Below are positions 25,061-37,500 of a stretch of DNA of 64,000 nucleotides, in pieces. Positions within the stretch are counted from its first letter, which is position 1. Each line of letters opens with the position of its first letter. The translations under genes and the position numbers were made by a program. This DNA comes from Octopus sinensis. Its lineage: Eukaryota. Where the stretch lies: positions 67,456,001 through 67,520,000 of the forward strand of contig NC_043002.1 of NCBI RefSeq assembly GCF_006345805.1, read 5' to 3'. The notes under the pieces are model-generated. The model was not told the origin of the DNA. It saw nothing but the letters and a program-made list of their open reading frames with translations, and ran no database searches.

Positions 25061-28000
25061 AGCACTCATGAAATATGTTTTTAAATTTATTTAAGTTTTA
25101 TGAAAATTGTACGATTCCTCTTTTTAGAAAACCATCGCAAAATAATTTAGAAATAATTCTTGCTGGATATTAAGCATCAAGTATTTATTCTCTTACTAAA
25201 AAGGGATAAAAAATTAGAACGAAATGCCCTACAGAATACGAAACTCGATTAATGAGCTAAAAAAAATGCAAATCTGCGTCGCCAAAAAATATATATTACC
25301 TAACCGAAACATTAACAATCATTCCATGTGGTAAACTCCATCAGTGCACCATGGCTAATTATCTCATATCTTTATAAAAATGTCTAACATTTTTCCGTAA
25401 TTATCTTGTCCCAGAAGTATCTTTTTTTTTGTTTAATACATCGCTATTACAGCTGTAGAATTTAGTTGTGACGTCACAGGCACCAAGCTGTATCGGCCGT
25501 TGCCTTTCCCTTGGATAACACTGGTGGAGTGGCGAGGGGAGGCCGGTATACATGGGCGACTGCTGGCCTTCCATAAACAACCTTGCCCGAACTTGTGCCT
25601 GGGAGGGTAACTTTCTAGGTGCATTCCCATGGTCAGTCATGACCGAAGGGGGTCTCAGCATTACATTTTAATCATTTTGAAGAAAAGAACGGCTGGCCCC
25701 AGTTTAATTGTCAACTATACGAAAGTATATCCCAGCTGTTTGTCGGAGTCGAATCAATCATTACAGGTTAATTCTAAAGAAATTTGCAAAGCCTTCTTCT
25801 TTTCTGTCTTTGCTCACTTGACATGTAAATGACAAGCCTATGTATTTTAATTAGAGAAACAGCTCCATTTATACGAGAGAAATAGCGGTATAGTAATGGT
25901 ATCGTAAGGATGCTACACGAGCCAGGATCTACCGTTCATACTTCGATCGTGGCACGCTTTGGTTTGATTAAACTGGTTTTAAATAAGTATCAACAGAATG
26001 TCCAGTGCAACAGCTATATAACCTACGAAAACTTCTATGGGATTACATATGAAAAACACGTGGATACATCACTAATAATTAACACCCCAAAAGCGATGCC
26101 TCAGAAACTCCGAGACATCAATCAATCGTTTTAAATGGTGATATACGAACTAGATCCAACCATCTGTTTCCCCTTGGAATCTAACCTTTCAATACTGAAC
26201 ACAAACGTTTTCATTAGAAGGTCTATGAAGATAATTTGACAATTTGCAATATATTAGTAAAATATATTTTAAAATAAAAGGTTTCTACAGTAGCTATAAC
26301 ATAGTTATTTCTGATTTATCGTACGTAACGCTGTTGTAATGGTACAATTTGTAACTGATGCCTTTGTGAGAATAAAATTGCAGATTTAACAGCTGTTTAA
26401 AGAGTGACTATATATGAAACGTGGATATAAGTGGACTATAATGAAAATTGACTTGTTTAAATTTTGAGATTTTTCTTTTTAACTCAGACTCGAAGCAAAT
26501 TGCTATTTAAATAAGTTACCAAATTCAATAGAACAGAAATTCCATATGGCATTTCAAAGACCAAGTTGAGTATTGTTTCTGCAGCGATATCGTAATTAAA
26601 ACGTTATTGGCTTAATAAACTAAAAATGGTTTTCATCTATAAACATTTGGTTTGATTAATACCTATTCCCCAAAACTTTCCAGGGCGGATCAGAGAAATT
26701 TTAATTGATGATGGATGCCTCAAATTACGTAGGAGTGCGGCAAAATGATAAAAATATATATATAACATCAACAGGCCAAACTTACAAATAAGAACTAGAT
26801 GGTATAAATGTTATTTCAATATAGACATCCGAATTATTTCTTATAGTCAATCTTTGAAAAATGTCTGTAGAATAAAGCAACAAGAAAACTCATGACACAT
26901 GAATAAGCAGTCTTCCATTGGCAGCCATTTGTTAAGCAGCGTGGAGACATTCTACACGTGAATTTTAGGTTTTTCCTTTATAAGGATAGAGTAAAAATTG
27001 TATCATATAAATATTAATTAAAATAATTTGAAATGGAAATGAAGTAATCATGCAAAAGTAATAATAGGTGTGAACAGGCCATTTAACGTACTAAATACGT
27101 AAAACTTACCGCGAAGTTTTATTGACGGATACGCCAAAATGCGGGTAGTAGTCACCAAAAGCGGACCGGATGTGAAGTTATTTTGTTATCAAATTTAATT
27201 AGCAAATGTGTTTTGAAAAAAACTATTTAAATTCATAAATATTTTAAACTTTTATGAAAATTGAAATACAATAATTAAATTAATGATATGTTTATTAAAG
27301 AATACTTTATAACATTTCCCATCATGCATCTCGGTTAGCCGGGAAAACGTGACTCGAAATGCCGGTATTGTTAAGGCTTTTGCTGGTAATAAGTACTTGG
27401 TGAGATTCAGTTATGTCAATAAGGCTATAGTATTTATAGCATAAATACAAGTCAAGGTTTTCTTTTTGCTTTTATGCAGCTTCTGACAGCTATTCAACTG
27501 ACTCAAAGTAGGTTTATTTGGGAATGGACTTTGAATTAATCACCGGCGTGGCATCTCTGATATGAGAATTCGAGCCACTGCAATAGATAGTCCCGTATGG
27601 CTTAAAGTGGATACACATTGAATACGGTATGCTTTAAAATAATGAGATTATAGCCGGAACATCTGATCAGACTTAAACGTCTAAGTACATTAGATGGCCT
27701 CCTAGTTTAGAAAGGTGCATAATGCTATTATATTGGCGATCCTTGAGTTCTACTTTCAAGGATCGCCATATATTTATTTTCAACATTATGAATTAAAATC
27801 AAGCATTACGTATTAAAGAGAAAACCCACAAGTATTGACACCTGTCACATTGCGAAAGGATTGTTTAATTGAAGACAGCATTTAACAAGTTTATTTCACG
27901 CTGTCCCTAACTAAATGAATGATACATGAACGTTTAATTCGTTTGACGTTAGAATATTCAGAGAGAAAACCTATAAACTGATAATTTTATTTCTTGTCAT

Positions 28001-29016
28001 TTCATTTTGATTCCCGAATGAAAACTTTTCACTAAAATTTCCGCGTTAGTCCTTGAAAGTATAAGCAACATAGTTTCCCACCCTAAAAAAAAATAATTCA
28101 TGTTTTGGGGGAGGGCGGGGGTCAGAAAAAATATATAAAGAATTCGTGTATTATTTTAAGAGTGGGATAGCGTGCTAGAATAAAGCCATGAGTCATGTCC
28201 CTTTACTTTATTTGTCCAAATCCCGCCCGAGTCAAAATTAATATTTGTCATGCACTAGAGTCGTTTTAATGTCTATTCAATATCCATTTCCCCATTCTGT
28301 CACAGATTTAAATCATTATTTAATTTCAAAACCAGCAAGTGGGCCGCAATATAAAGAATAATGTGAATGACAAAAGGCAAAGACCAGATTAGTTTTAGTA
28401 TGGTTTCAAATTTTGGTACAAAGCCAGCAATTTTAATTACATCGACCTTATTTTATCGATCTCAAAAGGATGAAAGACAAAGTTGCCGCTAAGCATTTTG
28501 TCCGATACGCCAACAATTATGTAACTTGCCACCTTCCAGATGTGATTAATAGAAGGCGGCAAGCTAGCAGAATCGTTAGCATGTTGAACAAAATGCTTAG
28601 CGGCATTTCGTCCGTCTTTATGTTCTGAGTTCAAATTCCGACGAGGTTGACTTTGCTTTTCATCTTTTATGGGGTAAATAAAATAAAGACCAGTTGAGTA
28701 CTGGCGTCGATGTAATCGAGATTACCCCTGTCCTGAAATTGCTGGCCTTGTGCGAAAATCTGAAATCAATATAATACACAAAAAGCTGATGGAAAGCCAA
28801 TGGTATGGATTTAGGTAATTTGGATAAATTGTAATCAACTAAATGACATGTCGAAAATTACAACGAACTAAAATTTTCCGTTTAGTTGCAGACAAAAAAC
28901 GAAAAACTAGCAGCAATGCTAGTAACACTAAAATATAGGGAGATAATTTCAAGAAAATAATTTGATGTCATAAAATTCTTAATTTTATACTCAATGGCAA
29001 ATCTAATCTAGCCAGC

Positions 29017-29058
29017 CACTAGCACATGTTTCGTTCTAGTTAGACGTCATCAGCGAAG
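29017..29058 (-). ncRNA. Decayed hammerhead-like motif
   Basis: CTGATGA-C-GTCTAACTAGAAC-GAAA-CATGT; stem I and position 17 are degenerate. Confidence 0.4.
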
Positions 29059-29989
29059 CATTGTCTTCTCAACCTTACTATAATAAGTGGACAGGATTTT
29101 ACAAATGAGGAAAGAATTCTTGCAAGTATAATTGGTATCAAAATAGAGCTAAGGGAAATAATCTTGAGGATGCTGATATTACAAATAAGTGTGAATTTTG
29201 TTTTGGTTTGTTTTCTCTCTCGCTAGGTTTTACAAACTGATTCACCCTTAACTAACTTGAAATAAAAAAAACTAATCGGCAGCTTCAGTATGAACAGTGA
29301 CGAATACACACACACATACACATTGTATATCTTAATGTGTGTGTGTATTCATCTGGTGGTTGCTCTTTGTCATAGTATAGAGTTTGTATGATCTTCCAGT
29401 AACACTGAGGACTGTGCTAACAAAAGTCTGATAGTCCCGTTATGAACATGTATGGTGATAAGTCGAAGAGAAACGAGACAAAACACGACCAATCCTTTTG
29501 TAAGATTCCAACCGTGGAAATAGCAGATGTAGATAACAATAGTTGGTGTAACTAACGTGTGAAACCACATCTCTTCTATATTCCCTCCTACAGTCTATAA
29601 TAGAAGGATCCATTGTATATGTCTCTTGGTTGACTTTGCATAGGAAAGGATGGGCTGTTCATAGATGGATGCCTTTAATCATAAGTATGCTCGATCACAG
29701 ATGACCTGTGGCCAACTATCAACCATAAAAGCAATGAAACGCAAAAGAAGACGCACAATATCTAAGCAGATATATTATCTTCAAGAGGCACTTTTCAGGA
29801 ACATAAAGGACACGTTGATTAGTAAATACTAGATCTATTCATTAAAGAATGACTACAGAAGTACGTCTTAGAAAAGCATACTTTAAATTTTCCAGAAATA
29901 CATTATCGAGAGTATAGATTACGATTAAGGTGACTAAGCTCCCAAGCCGAAAGCAATGGAAGGGGACATATTTCCTATTTTGCGTTCAG

Positions 29990-30390
29990 TCTCAGGCTAG
30001 GAAACGCAAGTGGACCTGAGGGGCAGAGTAGTCTTCCCAGAGGAGATAAGGGTAATATTACGCCGATCAGACAAGTTCCAGCTCTCCAGAAATACATAAA
30101 GAATAACTGTGATCGAACCTACAGTGCACTGGAAGGACAGACTCAATATTTCCCACCAAGTAAAGAAATCGAAATATCAGCACGTAGTCGAAGAGAACCT
30201 TGTTATGGGTTGGCATGCGGCCTCATTCTTCATTGGGGCCGGCTGCTGCATCTTTCCATCTAGGTCAATGCGCTATTTCCAGCAGAAGATAGGTTTGGAA
30301 CCCAGACAACCGAAAAAAATCAAGGAAATAGGCACGGCAATTGAAACTAGCAAAGTATCTCTACGCACTGGAATCGATGTAACCGATTAG
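29990..30390 (+). mobile_element. 3' fragment of an RLE-type non-LTR retrotransposon (NeSL/HERO-like restriction-like endonuclease)
   Basis: One frame reads DLRGRVVFPEEI..LRRSD...*RITVIEPTVHWKDRL...KKSKYQHVVEE...GW...GAGC, matching the PD-(D/E)xK RLE domain pattern. Confidence 0.75.
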
Positions 30391-30719
30391 CCACCCCCAA
30401 CAAATTTTCACCTTTGTACCTATAGTAGAAAGGGTTATTATGCTGGCAGATTTTTCTGGAAAATTGGAGTAAATATCACCCGAAACACCTAAAAAAAACT
30501 TCTTTTTTTTTTTCAAAAGTTTTAAGATAATCGTAACCTCTATTCTCGAAAACGGATCTGAAAATTTCGCGTTTTTAAGGAAGTTATGAGGAAACAAAGT
30601 CGATGATGGGGCACAGTTCTGTAGTTATACCTATTATTACTTTATAGACAAAAGTATTTTCATAAAATTGAGTCAAGATAAGTTTTTAATGAAATCTCTA
30701 AAGGGGGCACCTTATTAAT

Positions 30720-30830
30720 TAACATGTTGATCACGTTACTGTCTGTATAGTCATGTGATTGTTATAATGAAAATGGCGAGTTTACGTTCGCCTCATACGT
30801 CTATGGGATAGTTTACAAACAAAATACAAG
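30720..30830 (+). promoter_or_regulatory. Probable AP5M1 core promoter / 5' UTR
   Basis: GTCATGTGAT E-box (M-box/CLEAR-like) at 30750-30759; YY1-like AAAATGGCG at 30770-30778; CpG-retaining. Confidence 0.5.
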
Positions 30831-30901
30831 ATGAAGATCCGGTCACTGTGGGTGTATTACATGGGATCGTCGGGAACATCTCAGAACCTAATATTTTCAA
30901 G
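30831..30901 (+). CDS. AP5M1: AP5M1 exon 1 ([24 protein letters not shown])
   Basis: Resembles the M..R..W...FSR N-terminus; weak donor AG|gtcttt, phase 2. Confidence 0.8.
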
Positions 30902-33900
30902 GTCTTTTTTTACATTTTAATTTTCCCATTATTACCGTTACATAGTTGAAGTGTACGTCGTCTTTTAATATAAACAAACTTGAGGGTGGCCCTTATTTTT
31001 GTGTTGATGTGTTTTGTTATAATGTTCGTATGTAATTTGTATTCGTTTTACTAGATTAGTACTTAATAAAATGTATTTCTAAAATAACAATTTTTATAAA
31101 GAAATCCTGGATAAAACTATTCGACTGTTCACGTCTGCTTATGACTAAGCTTTGATTTCTCAATGTATCTATAAATGTTCGATGTATTGATATATATGTA
31201 TATGTTTACTAACGTACATATGTATATGTAACCTATTGTATTATTTATGTCCACACAGGCATATGGTTAATTAGGCAGAAAATATAAACACAAAGAAACG
31301 TTGTGCTCTTCAATCGTCATAAAATAATCGACCCTGTCCGTTTATAAATGTTTATATAATTTCTGTGTATCCTGTAATATGCTTTAGGGAGGATAAATAA
31401 CGATTACTACATTCAGATGAATACTTTGAATTTGCCAACTACTGTAGCATATGTGTAGTTACACTCAAATGAATATAGCAATCATAAATTGTGTTATCTT
31501 TATAGTTGAACTGGAAGTTCAATCTATTCGGTAAGGTGACGTGGTTTCTGTTTTAGGTGTAGGTGTACTCCATAGACTAATAGCAGAAATCGATGTACGG
31601 ACATCTCCGGTATGCGGACAGGGGTGAAAATAATGTATATGACTGTAATTCCTTTTTTATTAGAAGAATAATAGTTTGTTTAATGATTTCTGTAACAAGC
31701 TTTTTATTTTTCAAGCTAATGAAGTAAAGTGTTAACATTAACCAAATAAACTGCTTTGCTTAAAGTATTTCTTGATATGACAAACAATTTTACGCGTAAC
31801 ATCTTTCATAATTTACTATCTTCACTTTATTGGTTTGACTGTCTGTCTTCCACTTCACGACAGAACAGTACGTTAGATCCCTTTAAACCCCCAAGTGAGT
31901 AATTTTATCTTTTATATTGATAGCTTCAGTAAATGCATGGTATATACATACTTTCCAGTTTTCGTTTATGAACTGGAGACTACTTCAAAATTAATACTTC
32001 GGAGATGTACTTGTCTGACCAAGTGATTTGATCTGAGACAATGTTGCAACTAAAACAATCACTGCGTGGAAAACATATTAGCCATTTAATAGTGCATAAA
32101 ACTGTTAACTTTATTAAGAATCTTATATTTGATGTCATAAATTTCATCACAAAACTCATAATCATACAGCAATTGTCATTCTCCATTGTACAGACACCAA
32201 GTACCGGTTGTCGGATTTGCATATCGAAAATGCTATGCTTGTCGAGCAATAATTTTATTTAACCGTTCAGAGCTTGATTAAAATATTGAAAACATAGTAT
32301 CTTTCATAATATCTGGAACTTTACAACTACAAGCAGCTCTATCTATCATTTCTTCTCTCAACTGGTTACAATATTATCTCTCAAAAAGGAACGATTCCGG
32401 CAAGGTGACTAGTATTCCAACATTGTTTTCCACGATGGAGATCGTATATTTGTCAAAAGACTTAGTTTACCTATTGTGTCTGGGGAGAGTAACTACGTGT
32501 GTGTGTTCCTAGTGCAAAGCTTATTACTACGAGTAATTTATTAACCTCTAGAGATGAAACGGGATGACTTGAGCTAGGGGCTGTAACGTACATAAGTTCC
32601 TCTGAGATGTCTTGTTTGACTCCTTTCTGTTTGTATGCACTGTCCCAGCGCACGCCTTTGCATTCTAAAATATAAAGAGAGGGCTAAAAATAGCAGCCAA
32701 ATTATTTCAAATCACACCGTACCATCTTCAAATAAAAGAAATAGACACACTGGACGATGTAAACATATAAAAAGATGTACATGACGAAAGCACCTTTGGC
32801 CATAAATCTGTGCAATGCATATATACTGAAACATAGGCATGTGTGTGTGTATACACATGTAAACATCGAACAATGAGAATGGGTGCTCCATACCGCATTG
32901 GTTGATAAAGATTCTTTATTTGTTTATTAAGGTTACCATTCGTTTCATGTTACGGAAATATCTCAACAATTCTTCAAGCAAATCACAGAAAAATTGGTGT
33001 TCATTGGCATCTTTCTATGTGATCAGCTTAAAGAATTGCTGAGATATTTAACATGAAACCAATGGTAACTTTAATACACAAATAAAATGTGTGTATGTGT
33101 ATATATATATATATATGTATATATATATACACTTTATCAAAATCAAATTCATTGACGTGGCCGATAACAGCACCGCCTGACTGGCATCTGCGCTAGTGGG
33201 ACGTTAAGAGCACCATCCGAGTGTGATCCCTGCCAAGGCCGCTGACTGGGTCCCATGCAAGTGGCACATAAAAAGCACCATTCGAGCATGATCATTACCA
33301 GCGTCGCCTTGCTGGCACGTGAAAAACAACATTCGAGCATGGTCGTTGCCAGTGGCACTGGACTGGCTCCTGTGCAGGTGGCATGTAAAAAACACCATTT
33401 GAGCGTGGCCATTGCCAGTACCGTTTGACTGGCCCTCATGCCGGTGGCATGTAAAAGCACCCACTACACCCTCAGAGTGGTAGGCATTAGGAAGGGCATC
33501 CAGCTGTAGAAACTTTGCCAGATCAGATTAGGGCCTGGTGTGACCTCCTGGTTTGCCAGTCCTCAGTGAAACCGTCCAACCGATGCCAGCATGGAAAGCA
33601 GGCGTTAAATGATGAAGATGATGGTGATATATAGTCTTGTCTATTCCCTTTCTCATTGCTGAGGGCCAGGAACCATGGGCACATGCATCAGCTCTCTCCA
33701 TTGATTCCTTTGGTTGTGCAATATTCAGCCAGAGATCTTCTGATCCATTCTTTGATGTCATCCAGCCAACGTTTTTGGGGTTTCACCCTTCCCCTTTTTC
33801 CATTGACCTTCTCTGTAGTGAGTGCTAAGGTTCTGGGCCCTGATGTCATGCCCAAAATATCACAAAATATTTCATAATTAGTACAACCTGAAAGATAGGA

Positions 33901-34495
33901 ACAGCTGTATCAAGGACATGAAGAATTTTTGATTTCCAGCATTAAAAGGAAATGCAATAACCTTCCATCATGTAATCAATATCTATGTAATTGTTCCAAC
34001 ATCAACTTTTGCATACTTTATCACAGATGTCTCAGTAGAGTTGATACACTGTGCTAAAGTGAAGTTAGCTGATTGAAGTGGACAAACTTATTTTGATTTA
34101 ACAGCATAACTTTAAAGACAGATGTACATAATACATATATACTTTTAAACCACCAGAAAACCCCCCCAGAAAAATACCACCTCTCTCTCACTGTCTGTAT
34201 GGTAGTTAAAAGATGAAGGGCCAACAAACTGTGTCTAATGGTAGGATTTTCCAAACTATGTTCTGGAAGATCTGGATCATGTTTTTTTTCATTTTGCTAA
34301 CCTTCTGAATTCTAAAATGTCATAAAATGTTTCTCCTTTCAATTTCCATCTCCCAAATCCACTCACAATACTGTGGCTACAGTAGAAGATACTTAGCCAA
34401 AGTACTTTACAATGGGACTGAACCTGAAACCACATGGTTGGGAAGCAGACTTCTTAACCACAGAACCATTCCTTTTTGCAACTTGTGTGTGTGAG

Positions 34496-34541
<46 letters not shown>

Positions 34542-37500
34542 AATGGGCGAGCATAGCTGTGTAGTTAAGAAGCTTGCTTCCCAACCATGTAGTCTTGGGT
34601 TCAGTCCCACTGAGTGGTACCTTAGGCAAGTGTCTTCTACTATAGCCCCAGGCCAATCACAGCCTTGTATGTAACCTTGTTTTGATATTATATGTTGGTT
34701 GTAAACGAGCATCACCATCATACAAGTGGTGTCGTTTCTAGTGTTTCATGGAAAACATATCTGGCCATGGGAAATATTACCTTCCTTGAGAACACACGAG
34801 GGTTGTCAACAGGAAAGATACCTGGCTGTAGAATATCTACCTCAACAAATTCCATCTCACCTACACTAGCGTGGAAGAAAAAGGACATTAAATGCTGATG
34901 ATGATATCACATGATTTAGATATAAAGGTTGCTTCAGTTTATGCTTAACACATACTTTCTTGTTGTTAAACTCCCAGTTAGCTCTATTGAAGCAAACTTA
35001 TAGCATGTAGTTACTGAACTACGTAACTATGTAAAACCTAGATTTATCATTCTAAATATATTATATCTCTGTCTAGCTGACATACAGTGCTTAATTGTGT
35101 GGGATGCTATGTTGCAATTTGGATATATATTTTCTCCACCATCTAATCTATTTTTCTATGCTTGTTGTTACTTGAACCCAAATTGATTCTGATCGAGCAA
35201 ACCTATGATCAAAGGCATTCCAAGTCATGACCATCCATCTTTTATTTATATCTCAACATAGTATACTCTGGGCTATATTATCAAGTGTGTTCTTCATTTT
35301 TTATATTATGACTGTAGGTTACTTGTACAATATAGGAGTATCAGCTCAGGCTGTTTGGTCATGTTGCTTGATTTTCCAAGTTAGATCCTGCATATTGTGA
35401 TTGTGTTCCCTTCACTGAGGATCCAGTTTGGGTGGACAGCTCGTGTTGGTCTGCCACATGCCACATGGTCTCAGTGGATAAGGGAGTATCTTGCAGAAAT
35501 AGGGAGTGACTAGGACACTGCACAGAGGGTTGCCCAGGTCAACCTGAGTAAATGCTAACGAATGGTATTTGCAGTGATGCACTGCAACAGTTCATGCCCC
35601 AACTATCTGACCTCAATAGGTTTGATTTGAGAGCGATTTTCCTGCTATTTCTAGCAAGTTGTGTGACTGTTTAGAGGCACTCTTAATACCTGATATTGTG
35701 GCTGTGGTAGGTGCAGGTAAGGTTGATTATATCAGAGCACAACAGTTGCTGATCCTCTGCACTTATTACGGGCTCTATACTTCATACTTATTTAATTATT
35801 TTGCAGACGATTTCCTACAGTTGAGAAATGGACAGTCCTGACTGAAAAAGACCAATATGTTCCAATTCCACAGAATACTGAATTTACAAAAAACCTTTTT
35901 AATTGCATCAGAACAAACTCTAAATTGAACAAGGTATTTTTTTTGTTCTAAATCTTAAAATTATCTTCTAATCTAACTGTGTGGTTAAGAACTTACAGGT
36001 ACAGCATGGGTGTGTGGTTAAGAGTTTTGCTTTGGAACCATTTGATTACAAGTTCAGACCCACTGTATGAATGTTGTCAGCTGAAGTTCTTCACTATAGC
36101 TACTGGTCAACCAATACTTTGTGAGTGAAATTGGGAAACTGAAGAAGCCTCATCTTATCTGATCTTCTTTGCCCACTTATTTGTGGGAGGGTTATGGAAA
36201 CAGAGTCCTCAAGCATGCCTTCCATTGGATCCTGTCAAAAGCAATCATCTCCAGTTGATCCAGTTAGATTCCAAGTGAGACCAACCGAGCACATGGATGT
36301 TATCTGTCCATCAGTTCTTTCCTGAGACATTCTTACTGCATATCCATAGTGTCAGAGTTTTGATCTTTCAATTCAGACAAATAGTGGCTCTGCCTAGAGT
36401 GCCTCTCTGATTTCTGTGCTATGCACATTGGTGAATAATGTTACTAAAAAAAAAACCCTTCAGAAGAACCCTATTTTGGCTACTTGTATTCACAATCATA
36501 TTCTTATATTTGTGTATGGTGCCACATAAAATAGCACTCATGCTAGTGTCACATAAGAAAGCCTCTGTGCTAGCATCACATAAAAAAGTGCCTGTGCTGG
36601 CACTATATAAAACAGCAATCATGCCAGTGCCATGTAATAAAGCAGCTGTGCTGCTGGCACCACATAAAACACACCCAGTACACTCTGTAAAGTGGTTGGC
36701 ATTAGAAAGGGCATTCAGCTATAGAAACCTTAGCAAAATAGATGACTGGAGCCTAGTGCAGCTCTCCAGCTTGCTAGCTCCTGTCAAACCATCCAACCCT
36801 TGCCAGCATGGAAAGCAGACATTAAATGGTGATGATGATATGAGTGTGTGTGCATGTGTTCTCTTCACATGTGTTTGCTGACTGTAAACTACAGTTTCAC
36901 TTTCAATATAGACAGTGTCATTTGCTTACATTCAACTGCAAAACCATGTCCAGGCTTCTTGACATATCTTAACATATTGCATGACATTCGTAAACAAAAG
37001 GCTCATTCAAACAGTGTCATTTGCTTCCAGTTCACTGCATATCCAGGCTCTTCATTGTTCAGTAGACCAGAAGTTTATTACCTTGCTTGGAAATAAGTAA
37101 ACATTGATAACAGAAAGGGCAAACAGCTGTAGAAAATCTGCCCTCAACAAATTCCATCTGACCCATTCAAGCATGGTAAAGTGGATGTTGAAATTGTTAA
37201 AATGATGATGAGGATGTTTATGAAGATATACAGAAACAGTCCTGATACTTTCTTGAATTAGCTTGATTATTTTTTAAACTCGTCATTGTTTAATGTCTGC
37301 TTTCCATGCTGGCATGGGTTGGACAGTTTGACTGAGGACTGGTGAGCCAGAAGGCTGCACCAGGCTCCAATCTGATCTGGCAAAGTTTCTACAGCTTGAT
37401 GCCCTTCCTAATGCCAACCACTCTGAAAGTGTAGTGGGTGCTTTTACGTACCATCGGTATGAGGGCCAGTCAGGCGGTACTGGCAATGACCACGCTCAAA

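Noticed and set aside
31960-32445. Protein-looking minus-strand frame (YCNQLREEM...[11 protein letters not shown]...)
   Set aside because: About 4 stops in 95 codons is not clearly below chance for AT-rich DNA, and no family was recognised.
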